Shown here one piece after another: positions 1 to 12,208 of a stretch of 64,000 nucleotides of DNA (position 1 is its first letter; every line of letters starts with the position of its first letter). Source of the DNA: Ramazzottius varieornatus (lineage: Eukaryota > Animalia > Tardigrada); contig BDGG01000011.1 of NCBI GenBank assembly GCA_001949185.1, positions 1,474,597 through 1,538,596 on the forward strand, written 5' to 3'. The position numbers and the translations under genes are program-made. The notes under the pieces were generated by a model, which did no database searches, had not been told where the DNA came from, and saw only the letters and a list, made by a program, of their open reading frames with translations.

Positions 1-338
1 CCTGTCTATTATGACGAAGCCCTGTGACGTACGGAGATTACCGCAGAGTTTACAGTAGTTTGGTGCAGTTCAACGCCATGCCATGTTGTTGACATAGGTT
101 CCTTGTCGAGGTTGTCGATCAGAAGTCAGAGGGCACAGTTCACCAGACTCCATCTGAACCAGTTTGCAGATGGTTTCATGTTTGTACCAGAGCTAGAGTG
201 TCAGGCAAAAAGCAACAGTCGGAAAAGTCGATGTTTCGCTGAAGACGAGCTGTGTGTTCTCACTGAATGCTTTTAGTTAGTCTTTATCCCACTTCAGAAC
301 TCTGATTTACAGCAAGGAAACCGAAAGCTTGCGCGAGA

Positions 339-638
339 ATGATTAGACGATATTCTTCCCGATCCGTCTTGTGGATGGCTTTACTCTTCGTATGCCTGAG
401 TTATTTGCCGCCGAACGTGGCTGGTCATATGACAGCGGTAACTATGGCACTTCCGACACTACGAACTTTGTTTCCTCCCTTGAGGCCCTTCACTTCCATG
501 CTGCGGAATAAACGAGAAACCAAGGACAAAGGCGGGAAAGGATCCAAGGATAAAGAGCTGAAAGTGGCAAAGTCGAGGCTGAAAGAGCGACCTCGCTCGG
601 TAGAACGACCCATCCACCCATCGGATCAGCGCGGGTAA
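339..638 (+). CDS. Putative small secreted basic peptide precursor (99 aa)
   Basis: Hydrophobic N-terminal signal-like segment (VLWMALLFVCLSYLPPNVAG), furin-type RNKR site, Lys/Arg-rich tail ending QRG-stop. No recognised homolog. Confidence 0.4.
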   Translation: MIRRYSSRSVLWMALLFVCLSYLPPNVAGHMTAVTMALPTLRTLFPPLRPFTSMLRNKRETKDKGGKGSKDKELKVAKSRLKERPRSVERPIHPSDQRG

Positions 639-1364
639 CCAACGCCATCAGGGGGATCCCCATCCTCAACAGCCAGTCGATTAAAAAACAATTTCTTGAA
701 TACCTGAGATGAACAACTTTTTAGCGCTTCGACAAAAAGTATTAATAATCAAAGCATGAACGGAGAACAGACTGAAAGTTAACTTTCATCAGAAATAGAA
801 GCAAGGTGGCGGGAACAGAATATTTCTCAAAATCCAGCTGGTGATCGGTAGCGCACCACATGGATTTTGCCGTTTCACTTGCGCACTTTCGTTTAGTGTA
901 AAACTGAAATTTGTTCTCGAGCCTGGACAGCAGTCAGGCTTGACTTCCTTCTGCTCAAACTAGTCACTAGACATCTCTCTTCCATCTGGAGCTGAAGTCA
1001 AACTCAAATGTACGATGGAGAAGAAACTATATGACTTCTTCCAGAACGCAAAGCCCTAAAAAACCTCCCATCGTATACATTACAGAATGTTTTCAACGAA
1101 TGACTTCCCAGCCCTGGCTCTAATGGTGCCGTATCACCCATAAGTTAACCTACACTCGAGCAAAAAAACTGCAGAGATCGAACGACCACAGAATGTCTGG
1201 TGAGCACAGCTTTATAGCTTATTGAACCCCCTATGTAGTGGTCACATTACTGCACTCGCAGTAAGCTCGCGCATATACACGGAACCAATTAAATTTGATC
1301 ATGACAGTACTTTTTCCATTGTAAACCGCCCAAAAGAGGAAGCTATGATACCAAGAGAGGCTTC

Positions 1365-2402
1365 TCACCACTGTGATGTGCCGTCCAGTCGAGCTTTGAC
1401 TGCATCGCGCGTCCAAAAATCCATTCTGTCATCAAATTTCTTGGAATTAGTGGTGGAGGATAATACGTCGAAACATTCTTGGAGCCACTGCGATTGGGCG
1501 GGTGGGTATTTCCACAATACATCACTGCGGGCTATTACGTCGCTCATCCATGGTAGGCAATAGAATACGCCATCTGACCTGCTGCAGTATTTTTCATAGA
1601 CTTTCATGTCAAATACGACTTCTGGTATACAAAGTTGCTGGAAGGGAACGTGGAACAAACCATCCTTTTGTGAACTCGTCCACCTGTACAAACTGATACC
1701 TGGTACAGGTAAAGTTTCTCGCGGTCGAGTGTACCACAGCGATCGAAGGGCGTGACGAGAATTCACTAACATACGACGAAAAACCAGACAGTCAGTGACA
1801 CTCGACAACAACTCTTTGACTTTCGCCTCGCGTTCAGGCCACATTGGACGTCCATCTTCGTCCGAGTTAAACAGTTCTCTGACATAATCCCACTGCAGGT
1901 CAACCACTATAATGCGAATAAGGCGATTCGGGAACGTGAAAAAGGTGGTCTCCAGGTAACTTATGGGACCATCTTGGTGCAATCTCAGCCAGTAGACAAA
2001 TGGAAAGGCTCCATCACAAATGATGTGTCGAACTGGAACAGAGCTGTCGTCCATGATTTGGACCAGGACAAGCCGTTGAACTGTGTTTCGATCCACGTGT
2101 GTCTTTTGCTGGCACAGCGATCTTTCGTCGGCCACAGAATATCTCTCCATGTCATGAAAACTGTTCCGCCATTGTATCGGCATACAAGCGACATACCTTT
2201 TTTCCACGCATAGCACACTCTACAACCAAATGTTAAACCACCTTTGCCTGCATAATTATTTGATCATCTCATCCTCACCCTTTCAAAGGAGTTCATCTAA
2301 TAGATAATCGCACCGGCCGAGACGTCGATAAGTTCTGATGTCCAAATACTGCAGTATCTCCATCCGAACGCCGTGCGGCAGTCTAACTCAAAGTCGAGCC
2401 AT
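1365..2402 (-). pseudogene. F-box protein pseudogene, paralog of 40280-41881
   Basis: Exon 2402-2314 reads MARL*VRLPHGVRMEILQYLDIRTYRRLGR (TGG>TGA relative to the paralog). Exon 2 starts at 2219 and has a 1-nt frameshift near 2055 (ORFs 1985-2218 and 1365-2216 are the two halves). Highly similar to ORF 40514-41305. No counterpart of the third exon seen. Confidence 0.85.
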
Positions 2403-3247
2403 TCTACTATCCCATCGCCACACAAAACACGAATATTTGGCACTGCGCCAGCTAGTGATGTTCTAATATAGTACTATTATATTAAAGTAGATGATAGTAG
2501 ATGTTTTGAGCATCTATTATATTTAGTAATATTTAGTAAACAGAATTGGGCACCGCATTCCAATATTTATATTTTAGTAGCTTGAAACCGGAAGTGCCAT
2601 ATTTTATTATTATTAAGTTGTCCATCATCCATTGTAAAATAAATTTTAATACGGGTTAACGCTACCGCTGATTCGAAAAACTGGTTGATTTGCTGAGTTC
2701 TGATGCGCGTGCGTTGGCTTCTCGATGTGCGACCACGCCTTATAAAGTGCGCCACACCATGACGATGCCTCTACAGCAGTACAGTAGGGCTACTGCAGAA
2801 TAAATACCCTTGAACATCGTGCACCTGCATACAGTCTGACACTTCAATCGGCCATGTTACAGTGTGCAGGTGCAGGGTGCAGGCTGTACTACAGTATTTT
2901 TGCTGATCTGATGGTTGTGATTCTGAATCTTTAGATCTTCCGTCGAGCTCTCCGATATTAAAATATATTTTAATAACAAACCCCCGAAAGTTCTACTATA
3001 GTAATATTTTATTAAATCAGGTAGACGTTTTACTATAGTAGTGGTCACTTATTAGAACTTTGATGGACGGTGGATATTTGTTTTTATTATATTAGATCTC
3101 ATTAACCCATATTGGAACATCACTAGCGCCAGCCGAGGAAACATGAATATGTCAGATGACTGTCGAAATTCCTTTGGACGAAGACAGTTAGAAGCGGCTT
3201 CAAAGTAAAGATCAGTGCGGAAAGCTTTGTTATATGGATTTCTTGCG

Positions 3248-3994
3248 CTCGAGCAGCGCAAGAAATCGGATTAGCGTAATAATGAGCCAATTGAGAGGGA
3301 GCACGTGGGCGTAGCCGAACCGACTGAACCCACTAATGTGCTCGGTGCTTAATTCCCGAGTAAGGCATATGAGCCGTTACTCGAGTGCATAAGAAATCCG
3401 AGTAACGTTCCAACTAGACATTTCCGTGAGTATTTCTTCCTAAACGTTTTTCAAAACATCAGATTTTCCTTCATGACGTCCCACCGAGGTGCCAACTGCC
3501 CCTCTAACTGCATCTTTCGGGGTTTAACGTCGGTTATTAATTGTTCATCAAACTTTAGCAACGACTCCAGGCTTGACTGTGACTTTGTCAACCTAGAAAA
3601 CAACGAAAATTTCAGTTTGACTGTGGGTGTAACTGTGACTCTCGAAAATTTGATAAGACTGCAACTTCAACTGTACCTTTTTCCACAATAACTGTGTCTC
3701 TAACTGTGGCATTCGTCACTTTCTGGATTTTACTTTGTCTTTAACTGCTGCTTTTCGTATCAAGATTCACTTGAGCTTTAAGCAGTCGGAACTGGAAATC
3801 ATTTTTTCCGTTGCTGTATCAGAACTGAAAACTTCGTGTGATTTGACATCGCATCTTCCAAAACGTCATTTATTACTAATGCTAATCGGCTGGATCGCGT
3901 AGCGGGTCTCAACCTCAACCGATTAGAGTAAGGAATGGGAGGGGCCAAAGTCTTACGCTACTCGGATTTCTTGCGCTGCTCGAGTTCCGTATCA
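3248..3994. mobile_element. Non-autonomous foldback/MITE-like element, ~750 bp
   Basis: ~32-bp inverted termini CTCGAGCAGCGCAAGAAATCGGATTAGCGTAA (3248) and TTACGCTACTCGGATTTCTTGCGCTGCTCGAG (3954-3994). Extra terminus-like copies at 3236-3253 and 3379-3407. No coding capacity. Confidence 0.6.
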
Positions 3995-4489
3995 ACCTGT
4001 CTTGTATCGGCCGCTTTGACGGACGTGGCGGTGATCGTGGGGGCGGCCATGGCGCTGGACGGAGCGGTGGACGTGGCAGTGGACGTGGACATGATAGTGA
4101 CGGACAACGGGGATACTGCCCCCGGAACGGCGGAGGAGGGTGGCCCTCGAAAAGCCACCAGAACCTGGACCCGCCTAGCCAGGCGGATCAACCTCTCGTC
4201 GGTACTAATGGAAATGGTCGAGTGAGAACCTGGACGAAGGCGGAAAGAACGCTCCCTCATTCCTTGTTTGGTAGTTAGCTCTCCCTGCTATGGTTGTGCG
4301 AATTTTCCACTTCCTTTCTGGTGCCTGATCTCGGATTGTGATCTCTATGTGTCAATCTCTTGATCGCTTCCACTTGCCAAAGCTGTTAGTACTGTATTTT
4401 TATGTTTTGTTATCCTCTGACGATCGAGGAAGCCGTCGACTAGATTGTCGAGGCTCAATAAAACTCACTATCTATCGCTGCATGTCGTA

Positions 4490-4645
4490 CAGTGCACGAC
4501 AAAATAAGCTTGCAAAAATGGGCGGAGCGTCGTAAATACGGATGAGGAATCAAAATCAGTGTTGAGCTAATGCGCAAATTTGATTCGCTGTGTCCAGCTG
4601 GTTTCACTGACACCCATTTTTGAAAGCTTTTTTTGTCGTGCACTG
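4490..4645. mobile_element. Tc1/mariner-type MITE, 156 bp
   Basis: Inverted termini CAGTGCACGACAAAATAAGCTTGCAAAAATGGG / CCCATTTTTGAAAGCTTTTTTTGTCGTGCACTG flanked by TA on both sides. Confidence 0.7.
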
Positions 4646-5766
4646 TACTACGCAACGACAACGGCTGCATATACAGGGTGATCCCTACGGGTTGAAACGA
4701 TTTTGAACTTGAATAAAAAAGTGCCTAGTGCTTTCGCTTCTTTGAAAATTCGTTCCCAGGTACGTCTAAGTATCAGAAACATTGTGTAAAATCTTGTCGA
4801 CGTGTCGTGCTCCAGAAGGTGCACAGCGCCGAAGACATGAACTAGGTGGACATCAAAAAGTTTTCGCAAAACCAACATGCAATACGCTTCAGGCCGATTC
4901 GTTTACAAGAAAAACGTTTCAGAAAATTTCTTAAAACCGTCTAAATATAGCAGAAGAATATCACTTACGAGTTCGTGCACGGTGCACATGGTTGGATCTG
5001 TGAGCAGCGATGCCCGCTACGTTTAAACTTCTGTGACTCTCAATTAACAGTCAGGTATGGAGCGGCGGGCGGTTGCGTGATGAAGCATGATTGATGCGCA
5101 CAATCAGTCAATCCACCGTTATGCGTGCTGATGAGTCATGCATAACCCGGGATTTGGGAGAATTTAGCACTATTTATTCACCTCTAACCCTCCTGGGACG
5201 TCCGGGCATAAAATGAATTTCGTAATCAACCCTAAAACCTGTCCCACTCTACCAAACTCAAGACACTCTTTTGTGTGAGCCTACAGTACATGTTCGGGGA
5301 CATCAGTGCTCATAAAGCGAGATATCAAACATCACGTGACCAGCAGCGAAAAGGACTGGTCCCATAATTTTTACTGGCCCATAATTTTTTTTCATACGTG
5401 TACTCTAATTTTGATCTCCTCCTTAATTTTGAGCTTTGAATCTCCTGCGGGTCGTCGTCTCCTCCCCGTCATTTGTGCGAGGGAATTCTACCAGAGAGTG
5501 AGAGGAACTGGGAGAGTACAAAGGAGGTACTGAGAAGAATGCCCAGTTTTCACGGTAAACGAGGACAGTCCCAACTACAAAGCATCGTCACCACGAAACG
5601 GAACCGCCGGTAATAAGATGGGCGATGACAAGCCGACCGGATGGATTGACCTTCAACGACGATCTTTAAATTTATCAACCTACCATTTCCCTCCAAGGTT
5701 GCGCAAAGGCAAGAAAATACTCATGTTTCATGTGAAAATTCTTTAAATCACCCATCAAGAATATTT

Positions 5767-5910
5767 TCCGAAGTGACGCACGGTTTTAGTGTTATCGGCT
5801 GGGAGTGTGCGCCACTGATCTTGCCGAGTTTGTGTCTTTGCCGAATGGCGCACGTTTTCAGTGTAATTAGCTGGTGGTGTGCGTCACTTGGAAAACAATT
5901 GCGTCGAGCT
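5767..5910. repeat. Bipartite palindrome family (GTGGCGCAC-N25-GTGCGCCAC), two tandem units; representative of ~20 loci
   Basis: Further copies near 12877, 14400, 14925, 23795, 25270, 26795, 28200, 28960, 29780, 31300, 38740, 46340, 51690, 58185, 58885, 59510, 60555, 61262 and 61970. Longer arms resemble CTCGACAAGATTGTTTTCCAAGTGGCGCACG and its reverse complement. Confidence 0.9.
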
Positions 5911-6170
5911 TATTTGCCGATTCCCCATACAGGATGAGACAATTTTGTGCAGAGTCACGGTGTCGCAGACTGGAAGGAGAACAAAACGGCACAGTGTTAA
6001 GAGCGGAAGACGTTCATATCGAGGCACTTCGTTGTACTCAAAAGGCAAGTAAAGAATCAGACATCTAGCTGGGTAAAACACAAGCCAAAGAACTAAAAGG
6101 TACTCGAGGTATTCTCGAAACCCGCCGCGTTCAGAGCTTCTTGTTTCCACACTTTCGAGCCAGTCTGTTG

Positions 6171-9100
6171 TTAGTGGCGGTTGTAGTCGATGCCTCTTCT
6201 CACCGACTGTGTTGACGTCGGCTCGCTGTTCTCGGCTTCTTCTAACATCGAGTTGAATCTACAAACTTCACTCTGCAAAGACAGAAAAGTTTAGAAAAGT
6301 TTAGAAAAGTCACCCTTCCTTCCAGTCAAAAATAAAACGATATCATTTAGTTCTATTTCCGTATTAGATATTAAAACAATTTCCATGTTTTTCCTGTTTA
6401 TATTTCTGATGTTTTCGCTTTCACTTTTTTTAATACCTTGAAAACACTTCGTAAGTTACTAATGCGAGTGGACAACGTTGGTACAGTTGTCAGATAAAAC
6501 TCGTTATTGAAATCGGGTTGGTTTTCCATTAAACGGCTCATTTCCTCGTCAGCGGCGCACTGAATATCAGCGTAGCAGCTGTCAAACTTCACGATTTGAT
6601 CCAACACCATACGTAAATGGATCCCCAGTTCCTGCAACGGAAAGGATGTCAAAAAGCCAAGACATAATGAAAGAGAAATTCTGTACCAGGATATTTTTGT
6701 GGGTTTTCGATTGGATAAAGCATTTCTCTTCGACTACTGTCAGGTAGTCATTGTGAAAGACAAGGATGTCATCTAGAGATCGTGCTTTTGCCAGGTTGCC
6801 CTGAAAGTCGTTCCAAGCCACCTCCAGAACCTCCACACTGAAGGAGAACTGTACTTGCTGGACGAACAGCTGCATTCGGTTCAACAGAAGACGAGCGTCG
6901 TGAAGAAGAACTTGGAAACCTAAAAAACCAACCACATCAACCGCCTACGCACACCTGTCCTTTTATCAAACATGCTGCACCCGTATGCAGGCGCATACGG
7001 GTGCAGTCAATCGAATCAAACACCTGCGTACGATAAACCGCCCATCTTACATGACGACGTACAAGACATTAATGAGTTAGCTTACGTCATGCACCTACGC
7101 GCAACGAACCGCTCACCTAACATGGCAGGAAGTATGCAGGTGCAAGAAACGCACAAACCAAATTACGTCAAGAATCAGCGTACACTACACAGACCATCTG
7201 TCATATTAAACATGTGTGCAGGTGCATGAATACCGAAATATTCTGTCTCTAGGCTTTTGACCGCATCCCCGGTAGGAAGACTGGTTGAATTGAAACCTTC
7301 TCAGGTAGTGAGGACGATATCGTACCTGGGATGAAGCGGTTTAGGCCCCGGTTGAACATGTCTTCCTTCCACACTTTGCAAAGGATGTACTCTGTGCGTT
7401 TCAGACGCCACAAGGAGGCGAAGATCCTTTTGTACCGGTTGAGAATGGTATCCGTAAAGACCTCCGTTCGAAAACGACATTTTTTATCCATCGAAGCCAG
7501 ACTTGCAGAAAGAAGCATGGTGCGATTTTCACTTACAATCTGCAGTTGCCTCTTTACGCGATATTCCAGTAAGAAAGCGTCCCAGCCGATTTCCTGGTCA
7601 CCAACCTAAAAATGCATAAATCAGAGTGTGCTATCCCAATGAGAAACCGACCACATAGAGAGAACTCCTTACGGTTTTGATAAGAGTATCTAAAGCTCGT
7701 ATGACATCGGGGTGCTCGAACTGGACATTGGTCGATCTGATGCTGGTGTTGAGCGCTGCCGTCAGGTTCCTCAGGTACATGTCCACCGCTGGCCTGTCCA
7801 AGTGCTCTCTGTAAACCACCACACCTGTCTGTCATCAGAAACCGCCAAGAAGCCCGTTTTGCTAGTCGGACAATAGGGAATCTTTTTGGCACATGCTTTG
7901 ACAGCTGCTTGCTTACCCGAGTCCGTCGATAAGAGACAACGCAAAGTCGCCTTGTCCAAGCAGGAAGAATTTCTGCAGCGCCTGAATATCAAACCAAAAC
8001 ATACATTAAGTCTCAAAGCGATCAAAAAGAAACGAATGTTTCCTGGAAATTGTCGGAGACCCGCACTTTCAGTTGGCGGCACGGCCCTGTCATGAGATGG
8101 TCACTTGACTAAGCGTCGTGCTCTCAGCCGGAAGTTGTTGGGAAACGCCGATAACGGTTCGCTGTCTCGGGGTTCGGCGTTCTAATTCGATGAAAGATAG
8201 TGTGTTAAGGAGGGAAATCATTACGTACGCTGAAATGGTTGCCGAGGTTGTGTTCTCTGACAAGGATGTCGACTACGGTCTTCGCCGACAGCAGACATGC
8301 TTCCGCGAGCTTGTCCAAATATGCCGGCTTTATCCTGTTCCGGTTCTCGTCCCACATCGTCTGGTCCTTATCAGGCTTGAACTTCTTCATACCAGGAACT
8401 TCCTTATGGCCGAAGAAGTCGTGGATCAGCGCGTAGGACTTTCCTCCGGTGAAGAGCTTCTTGGCCACCTCGGTTGTCAAAAAGTACGGCACGCAGTCCT
8501 CTCTGAAACGATACTGCTCGGCCCACGCGGAAGTCTCTAACGCTTGAAGATCTCTTGTGATGAAAAACTGCAAGGTAAAATCGAATATTAACCACAAACG
8601 AGGAGTGAGAGGCAACTCAATCCCGCTTGCAGCAACCTGCACGGATGTCCGGAGCACAGAGTATACTGCTCAGAGTATGCAGGTTGTTGACATTCATCTT
8701 TACCTCGTCATAACGATCCCCGTCGATCGTGCCATCGAACACCCACTTGACGATCAGGTCTAGCATCGGCACCACAGCGACCGAGAGAAGTTTCGAGACG
8801 ACCTGCTGCACAACCGGGTCGCCATTGAAGGAGCATTCGTGTAATTTGGAGAGGAAGGGCCCTCCTTTGAGGTGCTGAGCATTCTCGACGACTTCAAGTA
8901 AGACGGCGAATCGATGCTGCGTGTTTTGCAACGCTCGATAAACCTTCATGAGGGTCAGACGTCCGCCGAAATCTTGTGAAGTTTCGTTGCTGTCTCTTCG
9001 GAACTGCAAAAGCAACGAAACGGATGAGAACTCCGGACGGAGTCTCGAAAGAGGAAGTTGGTCAATCGGATCAATCAAGCACAGTAATCAACTGCTCACA

Positions 9101-10080
9101 GGCTAACTTCAAACAAGGAAAATTAGCCGCTGCGCACGGTTTACTTTGGTGTCGAGCAACGTGATGACCTGGCGACAACTCCTCATTTCTTCCTGCGCGA
9201 CCGACCCGAGAGCAACAGCACATAAACTGTGAGGATAAACTTCCGACTTGTGAGATTCTACATATCTCTTAAGCTGGAGGTGTAGCCATCCTGTCATAGC
9301 AATACAAAGGATAACCTGGCGCCATTCCTCAGGCACCTGTACATCGCGCGCCAACCGAGGCCCGTCGCTGGAGCCTAGATCCACCACTTTGGAGCCGTTG
9401 AAACCTTCCGCTACACACAGGAGATCGCGTATGATTTGAGATTCTGTAAGACTCAAGTGCCCCGGCACAGGAAAGACAGGAATGGCAGAGGCTTTGTGGT
9501 GCTTCTGGGAAGACAGAGGCAGGGAAGAGGGAGGTTTCCGTACGGGAATGCGAAGCGGAGCAGAGAGTGGCTGGTTAAGCGAAGCGGCATTTCCATTGTT
9601 GTAGTTTTCTACGGAGCGGTTTCCTGCGCCATCGAAATGGGGCAAGTATCCATCGGATGGCGTCGTCGCGAAGCCCGATTCTGGCGTGGGTGTCTCCGAG
9701 GCTCGATCAACATTCCCCAGAACTCCGTCGCCCATCTCGTAGAAGGTTCCGACCATGGAACGAATGAACTCAAACAGCTCGGCGGATTTGGACAGCGTGT
9801 GAGCAGACTGGATGTCGCGTACAAGTTCGTCCATCCGTTTACTCTGCGCTGGTTTAGCCATAGCTTCGGCAATTGTCGCCTCCGGAATCAGCTTCTTTAA
9901 ACGGGAAATAGTGGAAAGTTCGCTGGATAAACTGGCTGCTTGCGAATGAAGCGTGGGTTGACGGCGGAATACTTTGAAGCATTCAGCGAAAGCTTGTTTG
10001 CTGTCACCGTTGTGGGCATCTCTCTCTTGCCTCAGCAAACGGAACAGCCCAAGTAAATCCTCACGAACTGCGGTATCCAT
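6171..10080 (-). CDS. TUBGCP3: Gamma-tubulin complex component 3 (GCP3/Spc98 family), multi-exon
   Basis: Motifs FFLLGQGDF (7981-7917), LTAALNTSIRSTNVQFEHPD, IGWDAFLLEY, YKRIFASLWRLKRTEYIL, FSVEVLEVAWNDF...LDDILVFHNDYL and C-terminal IDYNRH. Exons approx 10080-9145, 9003-8704, 8567-8229, 7981-7917, further exons between ~7810 and 6437, and a last exon 6272-6171. GT-AG sites where checked. Confidence 0.9.
6940..7230. repeat. Second intronic repeat family with GCACCTGCATAC/GTATGCAGGTGC cores
   Basis: Multiple degenerate copies in both orientations inside a long GCP3 intron. The same cores occur at 2820-2885, 24555-24710 and 27600-27790 (PLC-gamma introns). Confidence 0.6.
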
Positions 10081-10609
10081 CCTTCTTGAGCATAAAATAC
10101 CTAAAACGAAGACGTTATCACCGCGAACAACGAGCAGACGCCGGAGCAAGCAAGGGAAACTCGTCTAGAGTATAAGCAAAGGCATCAAACTACTATTTCT
10201 AAAGCTTTCACTCTCTGTTGGCTTCCACGAGTCGCTCCTGCATCGATTTTCATTCAAACAGCTCGTTCTTCACTATCATCCTCACAGCAATACATGACCG
10301 ATAAACTGGGGAAGCGCAGCATGATTTCTGCAAGAACATTCAGGGGAGCTCAACAAATGTGAAGGCAGAGCGAAAAAAAAATACCAATTTCAAATTTATA
10401 ATCCGTTAATGTAAAGAAGGTCAACCCTGGCCCCCATGGGTCGCAAGCCAACCGCACCGTACACCCCGCTTGGTTCTAATGCTTCCACCCAGAAGGTTAA
10501 AATTTCAGGAATGGTTGTTTATCTAAATTATCTTGAACAGCGGATTTTCTTGCCTTTTTACTTCATCTCGAAACTTGCTGTATGTTTTATTTCAAGTGGC
10601 CTTTGGATC
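10081..10609. promoter_or_regulatory. Probable bidirectional promoter GCP3/CSN5
   Basis: Divergent start codons ~530 bp apart. Inferred from gene arrangement only. Confidence 0.5.
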
Positions 10610-12208
10610 ATGAGCTCCATAACCAACGGAAAAGCCGGCGACAAGAGCAAGATGAGCCAGGAGGAAATCGCCAAGCGCGGCTGGGAATGGCAGAACAACG
10701 TCCAGCCGATCCGCAGCGTGGATGATCTCTTCCGTTACAACGAAGAAGAGCACCAGCGTATGATGCAAGCCAAGCCCTGGGAGAAAGACCAGAACTTCTT
10801 CAAGACGTGTAGGATCTCGGCCTTAGCCCTACTAAAGATGACGATGCACGCTCGGAGCGGAGGGAACATCGAAGTGATGGGCTTGATGCTTGGCCGAGCT
10901 GACGCCGGCTCCATGATCGTCATGGACGCCTTCGCTTTGCCGGTGGAGGGAACAGAAACTCGTGTTAACGCTGCCGCACAAGCCTATGAATACATGACAC
11001 AGTATCTGGAGTCCCAGAAGCAAGTTGGACGGGTGGAAAACGTCCTCGGTTGGTATCATTCGCATCCAGGCTATGGATGCTGGCTGTCGGGAATCGACGT
11101 CGAAACTCAACGCCTCAACCAACAATACCAAGGTTCGTCACGTTTTCCTCCTGAGTCTGTCCGCCATTTTACGTGTTAGAATTGTCTGAGGTTTCACTGG
11201 TGGGGAATTTTCATCCGAATTAAAGTTGTTTTTCTTCTGGCATTAGTTGATTTAGATCAACTGTTGATCGAGTGTTTTGGTTTTGAATACCTAAGTAGGA
11301 CCTACTGAATAATAGTGTGTAGGCTGATGGAGTGTGTGTCGGTCCTACTAGTTCGAAAGTGGACGCTGGCCAGACTGTACGTTGATTGATATAGCCGTGC
11401 ATTTGCAGAGCCGTGGCTGGCCGTTGTAATTGATCCCATTCGGACCATGGCGTCCGGGCAAGTGGACCTTGGCGCCTTCCGCACCTACCGTAAAGGCTTT
11501 CTCCCGGCTGAAGAAAAGCACAACGAGCTCCGCAATATCCCCCTGAAGAAAGTCGAGGACTTCGGCAGTCACTACAAAGAGTACTACCAGCTCAACGTTT
11601 CCTACTTCAAAACCTCCACAGACAAGCGCCTGCTGAACCAGCTTTGGAAACAGTACTGGGTGGCCAGTCTTAGTTCCTCTCCCTGGCTAAAGAATCTCGG
11701 CTACAACATTGAACAGACACAGGACGTGGCAGCTAAGATGGCTGAAGCACTGGGCGAAGCCCGCAGAGACAACTTTGGCTATGCCAGCAGATTGGGGGAT
11801 GGTGAAGCTGGGTCGAACCTGAAGAAGGCGGTGAGGGATGGTAAAAAGGTCTCGTGCGAAGCCTGCATGGCTGTCATGCAGCAGATCGTCAAATGCGGAG
11901 TCTTCAATGATTACCAGGTAAGTTGGTCGAAACAGCCGAAACCCAGGATTTCCGGCTGGCAGCACGGCCTTGAGCCGAACGACCATGTCGAGACAAGGCC
12001 GTGTCGCCAACCGGTAGTTGCTTGCTTTTTGTCAGTCTCGACTTCCTTGTTTAATTTTCCGTCTTGGACTGTTTCTATAGATTTCGCCACTTTTCAGGTT
12101 ACGGGAAGACGAGGCGAAGATACCGTCCTGGAAGAACTGCCAGCCGAAGAAGTAAATGGGGGCGAAGCAGCGCCCTTAGCCGTTGAAGAGCAGATGAATG
12201 TCGATTAG
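10610..12208 (+). CDS. COPS5: COP9 signalosome subunit 5 (JAMM/MPN+ deneddylase)
   Basis: [43 protein letters not shown] motif [46 protein letters not shown]. Exons 10610-11132, 11409-11917, 12098-12208. Confidence 0.96.

Noticed and set aside
3935-4260. ORF-track proteins 3935-4225 (+) and 3958-4260 (-)
   Set aside because: Shadow frames of low-complexity GC-rich sequence that overlap a transposon terminus.
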